Below the pieces are notes generated by a model. That model was not told where the DNA came from, did no database searches, and worked only from the letters and a program-made list of their open reading frames with translations. A DNA stretch of 64,000 bases, taken from assembly GCF_006345805.1 (NCBI RefSeq), contig NC_043000.1:6882001-6946000 (forward strand). The letters run 5' to 3'. Shown here in pieces: positions 26,854 to 38,988 of the stretch (position 1 is the first letter of the stretch; each line of letters begins with the position of its first letter). The stretch is from Octopus sinensis (Eukaryota). The position numbers were made by a program, and so were the translations under genes.

Positions 26854-26967
26854 AATGCAACACGTTTCCATGGAAGACTGGAAATAAAGGCCCCTGCTTG
26901 CATGATGGTGACATTCATTAACAGTTATCACATAAAATCAAGGCAACAAGACAGTAAAACACACACA

Positions 26968-27700
26968 CATCATCATCATCATCATTTAACGTCCATTTTC
27001 CATGCTGGCATGAGTTGGACAGTTTGACTGGGGACTGGTAAGCCAGGAGGCCACACCAGGGTCCAATCTGATCTGGCAGTGTTTCTACAACTGGATGCTC
27101 TTCCTGATGCCAACCACTCCGAGAGTTTAGTTGGTGCTTTTTACATGCCACCAGCATGGGAGCCAGTCAGGCAGAACTGGCATCGGCCACGTTCGGATGG
27201 TGCTTTTTACATACATGCTGCTGACACAGGAACCAATTGGGGCAGGGAGGCTGGCATTGACCATGTTCAGATGGTGCTTTTTGGGGGGAACCAGTCAGAT
27301 AGCACTAACAACAACCCACACATGCATGGTGCTTAATGCGTGCCACCAGCACAGGAGCCAGTGAGGTGGCACTGGCATCGGCCACAACTACAATTCCATT
27401 TGATTGTGATTTGATTTGATTTTACTTGATTCAATAGGTCTCCTCAAGCATGGAATGTCGCCCGACAATTCAAAGGTGCTTTTTAAATGGGCTGGTTATG
27501 TGACACTACTGTAGGTTACAGCTGTGATCTCACTTTACTTACCGGTTCTTCTCAATCACAGCATATCTCCAGAGGTCTCGGTCTTTCGTCATTGCCTCTG
27601 TGAGGCCCAACGTTAGAAGGTCATGCTTCACCACCTCATCCCATGTCTTCCTAGGTCTCCCTCTACCATGGGTTCTTTCCACTGTTAGAGAGTGACACGT
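26968..27700 (-). mobile_element. 5'-truncated RTE LINE (C-terminus plus 3' UTR)
   Basis: CHSLTVERTHGRGRPRKTWDEVVKHDLLTLGLTEAMTKDRDLWRYAV matches the 35733-35996 ORF. Confidence 0.9.
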
Positions 27701-29329
27701 GTGAGTGCACATGGTGCACACAGCTCTCCTCAGGCTTCTCTCAGTTTCCATCAACTAAATCCACTCATAAGGCTTTGGTCAGCCAGAGCCATAGCAGAAG
27801 ACACTGACCCAAGGTGCCACACAATGGGACTGAACCCAAGATCATGTGATTGGGAAGCAAACTTCTTCCAACACATTCACACCTGGACCATACTTAAATA
27901 TTACACGCAAACTAGTAAATGCCTGATTTTGTTCTTCGGTCTTTAATTTTCATGCAAGTTAACCAGCAAATGAGTCAAAACAATCTACCCTAACCCTTTT
28001 TAGGGTGGTTACTTTAAAATATAATTAGGTAAACATATAAGCTTTAAAACAGTTACCAAGGAGCATACTGTGTTTAGTTCCAGTAATTTATTCTTAAAGA
28101 AATATTTCAGTGAAATTATTCAATGAATTATTCAAAAGAATTTAGTAGCAATTTAAATAACAAAGATAGTTTGTTATGGTTTTTTTTCTTCTTAGTGCTA
28201 TTTCTGGCTTCATAATACTATAATCTGTAATACCACAATCATTAACACATTTTTGTAGTCTGACCAACTACTCTGCTCTACCAAAATTAATCCCACACTT
28301 CTAGGCAATCCATGTACAAAGCTATAGTATCTCATGTGATTATAATCTAATGAGGCAACAGAACCTGTCAGTGATCTGGTGATTAATCAACCGGAAATAC
28401 CGTGTCCCTAATTAAGCTCCTGATTTTACAAAACCCATAAACCTCTTTTTTTTTCTTTCTCTTTACAAACCAATGAGGGAACATCTATATGATTGCTTGA
28501 TCTACTAAAAATATCAACCAAAATTTCCTTAAATCACATCCTATTTCATAAGAAGACACTTGATGTGTGTGTGTGTGTGTGTGTGTGCACATGGTGCATA
28601 TGTGTGTGTTTTCCAAACATGGCCATCCAGATTTTTAATTTTGCTTTTCTTGCTTTTCCTCTTTCTCAGGCAGAAAAGAAAAAGAAATGAGACAGTCATG
28701 GTTGGAACACTTTTGAGTAGTCTGCTTAATCAAGTCTGAACTGCTACTCTCTTCAAAACCTTTCCTAACCTTAATGATCCTTTCTACAACAGGCACAAGG
28801 CCTCAAATTATAGGGTGAGGTGGGGGGGGGGGTGGCTAATCAATTAATTACATTAATCCTGGTGCTCAACTGGTACTTATTTTATTGACCTCAGCAGAAT
28901 TTTAACTCACAACATAAAGACAGACAAAAATTATGCTAAGCATTTTGTCTGGCATACTAATGACTCTGCCAGCTCACAGCAATATTTCTTGACATTAATG
29001 ATAAAAACTACTGTGACAGCCACAGATCCATGCTCCTACTGACAACATCACTCTTCCCATATACACACACTTTGTTCACTTAACAGTATTAACACTTATG
29101 CTTTTATATTGTTTATAAAACTTCACCACACTAACATCACAAATCTCAAAGAAGCAACCTGCACCCCATGCTCACATATCCATAATGGTTCACTTTCACA
29201 CATCCCCACACAGACACAAACATACATTCGTGATACAGTCAAACAAAAAGCCTCATTTACTAATGCTTGACAAATATTGAACCACTACACTGCATTCTGT
29301 CCAACCTGTAATTTCTACCAGTAATACAG

Positions 29330-29715
29330 CAATCATTTGTCTTTTACTTGTTTCAGTCAATAGACTGAGGTATGCTGGGGCACCGCCTTGAAGAGCATTT
29401 AGTCAAATAAATCAACTCCAGTACTTTTTCTTTTTGAGTCTCATACTTTTGGTCTCTTTTGCCAAATCACTAAGTTATGCAAATGTAAACAAATCTATAA
29501 AGGAGACATGTACATGTACACACACACACACACACACACACATACATACACATACATACATACATATACATATATGACAAACTTTTTTTACTTTTCATCT
29601 ACCAGATTCACTCACAAGGCTTTGATCAGCCTGGGATTATTACAGAAGACACTTGCGAAAGTGTGCTGCACAGTGGGACATGGCAGGGAAGCAAGCTTCT
29701 TACCTATACAGCCAC
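29330..29715 (-). mobile_element. SINE family B, decayed
   Basis: Reverse-complement alignment, with internal (CA)n/(CATA)n. Confidence 0.7.
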
Positions 29716-30582
29716 ACCTGCTCCTCAAAACTCATTAACACTAAACCACACTATCTAAACCCAATTGATGTTGTATCTCCTCCCTAATCACCATTATCTC
29801 AAGCATTCACCAATCTCCCACCCTAGAATCATCAATGCCACCACTGTAGGTCACCTATCCATCAATCTCATGTCTATCTCTAACGGTTTCACATATACTG
29901 CACTAACCCCACTGAGGACAACTGGTATGTAAATATGTGTGTGGGCATGTGACCAAGTGGTTAGAGTGTTACGCTCACGATTGAGAGATCATGGGTGTAA
30001 TTTCCTGGATGGGGCACTGCTTGGTGTTCTTGAGCAAAACATCCCATGTTGCTCTGCTGTCACATTGACATCTGACATGTGACACACCATGCACCAGTTC
30101 AGGCAATGTTGATCTGATGGAAGGAGTGAGCTAATGTGCAGCTTAATCAGCAAGAAATTGCAAAACCCTCATCTGTCATCTACAACAGGACAGAAGAGAA
30201 AGAGTCTGTGTGTGTGTGTGTGTGTGTGTGTGCACGCACGCGCACATGTGTATAAATATGCACAATTCAGAATCTATTAAACAAATATTGCAGGCATATC
30301 CATGTGATTAAGAGGTTTGCTTGGCAGCCACATGATTTTGGGTTATGTCCCACTGCATGGAACCTTCAGTAAGTCATCATCATCATCATCATCATCATTT
30401 AGCATCCGCTTTCCATGCTAGCATGGGTTGGACGATTTGACTGAGGACTGGCGAATCAGATGGCCGCACCAGGCTCCAATCTGTTCTGGCAGAGTTTCTA
30501 CAGCTGTAGCCTCAGGTTGAATCAAGTTTGGTACCTGTTATATATGCATGTATGTGTGCATGTGTATATGTACACGCATGCA

Positions 30583-30586
<4 letters not shown>

Positions 30587-30639
<53 letters not shown>

Positions 30640-30664
30640 TGTGTGTGTGTGGTGTGTGTGTGTG
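30587..30664. repeat. (TG)n microsatellite
   Basis: Direct reading; explains the Cys/Val-repeat ORFs. Confidence 0.95.
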
Positions 30665-31314
30665 CATGCATGCAAGTTTTTGTATTAATACTGTTCAACT
30701 AGCAGTGTTTACATTAATGTTTCTCATAAACAAAATGTTCAGCAGCTCAGCAATTTCTATGAAGTCTTGGAATAATGTACCCTACTTGAATAACAAGTAT
30801 AGTTTGACGTCAATGAAAACATCCAGCCATAGAATACTGCCTCACCAAATTTCATCCAACTCATACCCCTATAGAAATAGCAGATCTAAAAACAATGGTG
30901 AGGGTGATAACTAATTATTTGTTTTATCCCCTTAATGATTTAGGAACATATTAAAATGAAAATTTATTTTTGTTTTGTTACCGCAATTTTTTAACAGCAG
31001 CTTTGTTGATTACGGGTTTCCGACGGGGCCAACCATTACATCACTGCATTTTTGATAGTGTGAGCAATAAAGGAGCATCTACAACATAGTGTACTTCATT
31101 CAAAGAGCACTTGGGCAGTTATTTTGAAGTTCAGAACTCTTTTAGCAAAGTGATGTCTAAACTGGTTGAAACCAAGCAATGGTATGAATCCTTCTATCAT
31201 GGGTTAGGTTCCTATCAAGGCTTGATCTTAACCTTGAAAACTACTAAAGCACTGACTTTTCACTGATATTTGCATCCTCTAATGATGTACAGCAAAAGCT
31301 ATAAACACACATAC

Positions 31315-31860
31315 ATAGAGTAAAGACTGCCTTTGGTCATGAATGACAATGGGTTGCACCAAGATAGTTCCCCTCTGAGACACAAGTCTGGGTAAGATTG
31401 TTTATGGAAGACCAGTAGATGCCCATGCACACCTGCTTCCCCTCTCCACACCGCCAATGTTATCCAAGGGAAAGGCAAGAATTTAGACCTGGAGATCTCC
31501 ATTTCCAGCAACTTCGAGGGCCACCTCCCAGTGGTGTCAGGCGTCAACGAAGAGCCCTCGACTACAACAAGACAACCAAAGTTTTATTTTTTACCAAGCT
31601 CTGGGGTCTCCCGCCCCTAGGCCCTAGACCATCACCTAATCACCCTTACCCATCTTGTTATTTAACAACAACAAGGGAAAGGCAAAGGCCAATACAGCTT
31701 GGTGCCAGTGATGTCGCAACTCACTTCTACAGCTGAGTGAACTGGAGCAACGTGAAATAAAGTGTCTTGCTCAAGAATACAACACACTGCCTGATCTGGG
31801 AATTGAACTCACTACCTCATAATTGTGAGCCCACTGCCCTAACCACTGATCCACATCCAG
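31315..31860 (-). mobile_element. SINE family C interrupted by a nested insertion
   Basis: Colinear with 20996-21335 once 31479-31670 is removed. Confidence 0.85.
31479..31670 (+). mobile_element. Unassigned 192-bp retroposon with (AAC)n tail
   Basis: 14-bp TSD CAAGGGAAAGGCAA at 31465-31478 and 31671-31684. Confidence 0.85.
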
Positions 31861-33644
31861 ACATATTTGACAGGTTTCAACATAGTTTCAGACAATCAAA
31901 TTTCACCTATAAGATATTGGGTCAACCCAAGGCTTTGGTAGAAGATCCTTAATCAAGGTGCCACATAGTAGGATCGAACCCAGTACCATGTGGTTGCAAA
32001 GGAAACTCCTTCACCACACAGCCATATTTGTGTCCATATAGATGGTAGATATCTGTGTGAAACAGATGCACAAACACTATCTCTTTCCCCCTATCTAGAA
32101 AAGCAGGTTGGCTTCTTCAGAGGAATGTGTTAAAAATAATATAGACAGGTAAACATTCAAAATACAAAAAACATAAATTATTAGGTCACTGGTATGACTA
32201 GTATGAATTCGATTTTAACTGTACTTGATTGTACAATGGAACTCACTTTCACAAGTTGATTTACACATGTGATTCTCTGTTACCATAAACACAACATTAT
32301 ATATACATGAAGTATACACAATCACTTAACAAAGCTGAGTGCTAATGATACTTCTTTTTTTTTTATCTTTATGGAAAGTTTAAAATAAATGCTTACAAAT
32401 ATATTTTCATGTTACTATCTTGACTTAACCTACCCCAAAAACATTGTGATAAAACTTGACAAAGAATATTCAGAAACAATTAGATCTAAAAAGAAAAACC
32501 CATATAAGAAAGACAAATATAGCAGTTATAGGAACAAGGAGTTAGTAAATAACTTTGTTGAAGAAGAATTACAGTAAATTAAATCAAATGCAGTATATTA
32601 CTGGTACATATTGTACTGACCTCTCCCTCCTCATCCCCAGAGAAATGAAAGGCAAAGTTAACACCTAGCAGGAATGTGAATACAACCATACAAGGGTAAA
32701 ATTAAAAGCAGTCAGGCATTTTAATTTTGTAGCCTACCATTTCTGAAAGTATGCTGCTCTTCATTGTCTAACCATTAACATCAAGGAAATGAGAAAAATT
32801 GTTTAATGAGAAATTAGTAATTAAATCCAAGATTTTCTGTTATATACAATGGTATGGATTCAAGAAGGAAGATAAGAAAAGATTTTAAGATGAACTAATA
32901 TATCAGCAAAGATAATCACTTGTATTCAACAGGAAAAAGAAAAGTTAAAAGATACAATCAATGTACATTATTTAGTTTTTCAACTTCGCAAGGGAGGAGC
33001 CTCTTTCTCTTTGTGGCCATCCTGCTAAAAATAGTAGTCAAATCTTTCTCAAATCTCACCATCATCATCATCATCACCACCACTTTTTTAACAGCTATGC
33101 TGGCATGGGATGGACAGTTTGAAAGAATCCAACAAGTCGGAGGACTGGCATGCTACACTTTCTGCTTTGGCTTAGCTTCTACAGCTGGATGCCCTTCCTA
33201 ACATCACTGAGTGTTTTATAGTTATTAAAAAATATATAGGTAGGACACATGAGCCAAAGAAGGAGCACTTAAACTGTTGGCTTAAACAAGACAACGGTAT
33301 GAATATTTCTATCATGAACAAGGCTCTTAACAAGGTTTGATCATGGCCCTGAAGCACTTGTTATTAAGTACTTGTTTATTAATTATACTGGAGTCTAATG
33401 GCATGTTGATCTAATTTTGTTTCACTTGTGGTGTCTAAAAACAGACTAGTAGACTGAGCCAGTGAAAGTTCAGCGCTTTAGCTCTGAATGCAGCAGAATG
33501 CAGGTGGCGAGATACAAACCAATACAAACAATTCGGCTCATAACTTGACACCTTACTGACTGAGTAAGAAATGCAATAAGTAGTTTTGTTCCAGATAAAA
33601 ATTCAGCTTTCACATCAAGTGTCCTAACTGCAAATAGTTTTTTT

Positions 33645-33935
33645 ACCGAACGTGGCCGTAGCCAGTACCGTATTGACTGGCCTCCGTGCCGGTGGCACGT
33701 AAAAAACACCATCCGAGCGTGGCCGTTCGCCAGCCTCATCTGGTACCTGTGTCGGTGGCACATAAAATCACCCACTACACTCTCGGAGTGGTTGGCGTTA
33801 GGAAGGGCATCCAGCTGTAGAAACACTGCCAGATCTGACTGGCCTGGTGCAGCCTTCGGGCTTCCCAGACTCCAGTTGAACCGTCCAACCCATGCTAGCA
33901 TGGAAAGCGGACGTTAAACGATGATGATGATGATG
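33645..33935 (+). mobile_element. RTE LINE 3' UTR copy
   Basis: High similarity to about 36205-36632 with fewer tandem units; (GAT)n tail. Confidence 0.9.
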
Positions 33936-34307
33936 AATAAAAAATTAAATTAATCTAGGGTAGATATGTTACCTTAATGACATTCAGAGTTGCATAAGAA
34001 AGTTAATACTGAACTGAATATTAGATAGAATATTATGACAAGTTGAAATGCAAAAAATAAGCAAATAAGCTGAGTGAGTATGAAAGAGAGAGAGAGAGGA
34101 GAGAGAAATAAATGCAAAAATTAAGATCATAATGAAGATTGGAGACAAAGCAAACTTAACATTTTAGTTTTGTAGGAAAAAATCCCTAGGGAAAATTGAG
34201 AGACAAAAAGAATGTTTCATCATGGAAAACAAAGCCAGATATCTACTCGTAGATGTTGTATGCATTTTTATTCATCTCATGTACACACACACACACACAC
34301 ACACACA

Positions 34308-34667
34308 GGTGTGGGTAAGAAGCTTGCTTTTTAACCACATGCTTTTGATTTCAGTCCCACTGCATAGCACCTTGGGCAAGCGTCTTCTGCTATAGACTTA
34401 GGCTGATCAAAGCCTTGTGAGTGAATTTGGTAGATGGAAACTGAAAGTAGCCCATTGTGTGTGTGTGTCTTAATCCCCTCAATACCATTTGATAACAGGT
34501 ATTGGTGTATTTACGTCCCCATAACTTAGCGGTTCAGCAAATGTGATCCATAGAATAAGTACTAAGATTCAGAAAAAAAAAGTCCTGAGGTCAATTTGTC
34601 CATCTTAAAATCCTTCCAGGAAGTACCCCAGCATGGCTACTGACAAATGACTAAAATAAGCAAAAGA
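34308..34667 (+). mobile_element. SINE family B
   Basis: Colinear with other B copies. Confidence 0.8.
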
Positions 34668-34817
34668 TTTTTTTAATTTTTTTCTTTTTAAAAATCCACA
34701 ACCTTCCATCTCAATAAACCACTACTGTCCCTGAAAGTTGTTTTTTTATATTTACTACAGATTGTTTAAAGCTAACTTTCTTCCTACACCTTGATCCCTG
34801 GATCTTTATATATATAT

Positions 34818-36632
34818 CTGGTGGTCAATGAGGAAACTAGGGATAGATGAATGGCTGGTGAGGGCTGTGCAAGCCATGTACAGAGATGCCGTAAGTAAGG
34901 TTAGAGTTGGCAGCATGTACACAGAAGAATTCAAGGTAGAGGTTGGGGTCCACCAGGGTTCAGTACTCAGCCCCCTCCTATTTATCATAGTCCTCCAGGC
35001 AATTGTGGAGGAATTCAAGACAGGTTGCCCCTGGGAGCTCCTCTATGCTGACGACCTCGCTCTAATCGCTGAGTCACTATCAGAACTGGAGGAGAAGTTC
35101 CAGGTGTGGAAGGAGGGTTTAGAATCGAGGGGCCTTAGAGTCAACCTAGCTAAAACCAAAGTACTAATAAGTAGAAAGTTAGAAAATCCACAAATATCCT
35201 CAGGAAGATGGCCCTGCTCGATCTGTAGAAAAGGTGTAGGTAGAAACACTATAAGATGTACCCAGTGTAAGCTATGGACACATAAGAGGTGCAGCAATGT
35301 CAAAGGTAGGCTAACTGGGAAGATAGTTTTTGTATGTGGCAGATGCTCTGGAGCATTGACCTCCGAAAATCTGCAGAAAACAACTTCCGTCACTTTCCGG
35401 GGGGAAAAACTAGAAGTAGTTGATAGCTTCCGCTATCTAGGTGACCAAGTCAGTAGTGGGGGCGGGTGCGCTGAAAGTGTAACTGCTAGAATAAGAATAG
35501 CCTGGGCAAAGTTTAGGGAGCTCTTACCTCTGCTGGTGACTAAAGGCCTCTCACTCAGAGTAAAAGGCAGACTGTATGATGCATGTGTATGAACAGCTAT
35601 GCTACATGGCAGTGAAACATGGGCCGTGACTGCTGAGGACATGCGTAAGCTCGTGAGGAATGAAGCCAGTATGCTCCGATGGATGTGTAATGTCAGTGTA
35701 CTTACTCGACAGAGCGTTAGTACCTGAGAGAAATGTTGTACCTAAGAAGCATCAGTTGTTGTGTGCAAGAGAGACGATTGCGCTGGTATGGTCATGTGGC
35801 AAGAATGGATGAAGATAGGTGTGTGAGAAAGTGCCAATCCCTAGCAGTTGAGGGAACCCGTGGAAGAGGTAGACCCAGGAAAACCTGGGACGAAGTGGTG
35901 AAGCACGACCTTCGGACGTTAGGTCTCACCATGGAAATGACTAGAGACCGAGACCTATGGAAGTATGCTGTGCGTGAGAAGACCCGGCAAGACTAGTGAA
36001 GCCATAATCCATGGCCCCTACCTGGGACGTAGTCAGTCCACCTGTGCATACCTTCCTTCTTGTGACACTTGTGAAGACCTGTTGAGGCAAGTGAGAATCG
36101 AATCGAATCGAATCAAATCAAATCAAATCAAATCGAACCAAATCAAAATAGATGAACATCAATGGAATTTGTATCCTTGTGGTACCAGTGCCGGTGGCAC
36201 ATAAGAAAACCATCCGAACGTGATCGTAGCCAGTACCGCAACGACTGGCCTCCGTGCTGAGGGCACGTAACAAACACCATCCGAGCGTGGCCATCCGCCA
36301 GCCCCGTCTGGCACCTGTGTCGGTGACACATAAGAAAACACCATCCGAGCGTGGCCGTCAGCCAGCCTCGTCTGGCACCTGTGTTGGTGGCACATAAAAA
36401 ACACCATCCGAGCGTGGCCGTCTGCCAGCCTCGTCTGGCACCTGTGTCGGTGGCACATAAAATCACCCACTACACTCTTGGAGTGGTTGGCGTTAGGAAG
36501 GGCATCCAGCTGTAGAAACACTGCCAGATCTGACTGGCCTGGTGCAGCCTTCGGGCTTGCCAGACCCCAGTTGAACCGTCCAACCCATGCTAGCATGGAA
36601 AGCGGACGTTAAACGATGATGATGATGATGAT
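34818..36632 (+). mobile_element. 5'-truncated RTE-clade non-LTR retrotransposon: RT with inserted PHD finger, repeat-containing 3' UTR, (GAT)n tail
   Basis: GVHQGSVLSPLLF, LLYADD (35044), FRYLG, LHGSETW, RRLRWYGHVARM and GRGRPRKTW. One nonsense codon (35590-35592) and one frameshift (about 35725). Flanked by (TA)n on both sides. Confidence 0.96.
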
Positions 36633-36972
36633 ATATATATATATATACTAGCTGAAAGATTCAGCACTGCTAGAGTTACTGCTGTCCTTATTCAGATAAG
36701 TAAACAAAGATATATTCTCATAATTATTTCAAAATATATTTTATTAAAAAAATATATAAATTGTAATGATAATAGAATTTAGAACTGAAGATCTGTCAAT
36801 CTTGAAGCACCTCAGAGTAAACAATATTCACTGAGTAATTTTTTGTTGGTGTTGAAATGAATAAATTGTTGCTGCTTTCAACTCGCGAGCAAGCAACACA
36901 GAGTTGGCCATGGGAGAGGCATGTAGTGGAGAGATAAAGTCCAAGTACTTTGAGGGATTGACCCTGAGATTT

Positions 36973-37331
36973 CATCATCATCATCATCATTTAGCATCCG
37001 TTTTCCATGCTAGCATGGGTTGGACGGTTCAACTGGGGTCTGTGAAGCTGGAAGGCCGCACCAGGCTCCAATCTGATCTGGCAATGTTTCTACAGCTGGA
37101 TGCCCTTCCTAACGCCAACCACTCCGTGAGTGTAGTGGGTGCTTTGTACGTGCCACCCGCACAGGTGCCAGACAGAGCTGGCAAACGGCCACGAAACGGA
37201 TGGTGCTTTTACATGTCACCGGCACGGGGGCCAGGTGAGGCTGGCAACGGATGGTGCTTTTACATGCCACCGACACGGGGGCCAGACAGAGCTGGCAAAC
37301 GGACATGAACGGATGGTGCTTTTACGTGCCA
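36973..37331 (-). mobile_element. RTE LINE 3' UTR copy
   Basis: (CAT)n followed by the reverse complement of the tail and tandem units. Confidence 0.88.
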
Positions 37332-37920
37332 TTTGTTAATTGAAATACCAAAACTTAGTTTGACTAGAAACTGAAGCATCTTAAATTCAAATGGAACAAC
37401 TGTATGAGAGGTATGAGAGGAATTTCTGGACTAAGGACATTTTCTCCTTTGTGACTACCTGTTATGATTGTTGCCTGTAGGACATGGGGATTCATGGAAG
37501 CAACAATTAAGCAAGTTCCATTACACAGGCGAGGTGGGTCAAGATTTCTAAGCAACATAATGGGAGCACCCACTTTTAGTGGCAAGTTATGCGGTGGCAT
37601 CCCATTGAAGAAGTTGAGTTTATCAACCATTTTATTAGCTGAAGCTAGTATAGCTCTTTCACATCTGGTTTTCCATATGTCCTGACATGTCATAGCATCA
37701 TGTGTTCGTTCATGCATATATTGAGGATCACCTGTAAATGATGACAGGGGGATTATAAGTTGTCCCAAGTTTTGAATATCCTATCTGTCCTCAGAGCCTC
37801 TTGGAGTTGAACGTAGTTTTTAGCCTTTAACATTCTTTGCTTGTCACAAATGTAGAGGAGACGTTGACTCTTAACTTTAGCATACGTATCAACCAGGTAT
37901 TGCTGAAATAGATCACAATA
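37332..37920 (-). mobile_element. Internally deleted Helitron RepHel fragment
   Basis: [69 protein letters not shown] and [21 protein letters not shown] (PIF1-type helicase motifs). Confidence 0.93.
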
Positions 37921-38190
37921 CATTATCATCATTATCATTTAACATCTGCCTTCCATGCTGGCATGGGTGGGACAGTTTGACAAGAGCTGGCCAAGCAGAA
38001 GCCTGCACCAGAATTCTACAACTGTTTTGGCAGGGTTTTTACAGCTGGATGCCCTTTTCTAACACCAACCACTCAGCAGAGTGGACATAGTGCTTTTTAT
38101 GTGGCACAAGCACAGGTGAAGTCAGTTTTGGCAAGGTTTTTTTACAGCTGGATGCCCTTCCAAATGCCAACTACTTTACAGTATGTGGAT
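37921..38190 (-). mobile_element. Older RTE-type tail copy
   Basis: Decayed (CAT)n plus CAGCTGGATGCCC segments. Confidence 0.7.
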
Positions 38191-38741
38191 GCTTAAGTGG
38201 CACTGACTGTGTCACCAAGTAACCTGCAAGGCAAAAATCTTTTGAGAAGGGATGGGCATTGGAGGAGGTGATCTTATCTCAGATGATGAAAGGTTATAGT
38301 GAGACAGAAACAGGTGTCTTGCTGTAGAAGAGGGACAAGGTTACTTGGCTGGAGAGAGAGAGACAGACAGACAGACAAATACACACATACACACACAAAT
38401 GCATTATATATGTACAATATATATGCATGGATTATATAAATCTATCATACCTTAACCATGAACACTTAGCATATAGCCATCTCCCCCTTTCTCAAATACA
38501 CTCCCACTCGGACATGAGGTTTTTTTCTTTCTCCTTTTATTTTTTTGTTTTGCAAGTGACTGGGAAATCTTACGAGTACCAATAGCACACAAAAACAAAA
38601 CTGCACTCAGAACACACTGTAAAACGCATTCAGCCCAAGCAAACACGCCAAAGCTGACATTAGAGCCTTATGCAGCTCATCAGACCTTGTTAATCTGTTC
38701 AACCCATGCCAGCATGGAAAACAGATGTTAAATGATGATGA

Positions 38742-38786
<45 letters not shown>

Positions 38787-38988
38787 GTGTGTCTGTGTCT
38801 ATACACACACATGAATTTGGACTAGTTAAACTACAATTTTAAAACCTTCACTGCGAAAATACATTGTTATTCTCTTCATCCACAGGATAATAAAGGAAAC
38901 TGTCCAGGCATGTGTCATGGTTCATTGACTACTCACGAGAGAACAAGTATCACCTCATTCTTCTGCCTTTGAAGCAATAGTTATTTAA

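Noticed and set aside
36185-36470. Tandem repeats superficially like a CRISPR array
   Set aside because: Units are contiguous with no unique spacers, there are no cas genes, and they lie in a eukaryotic LINE 3' UTR.
38660-38690. Minus-strand CUGAUGA followed by a GAGC/GCUC stem
   Set aside because: No GAAA follows, and it lies within an RTE-type tail variant, so it is not a hammerhead.
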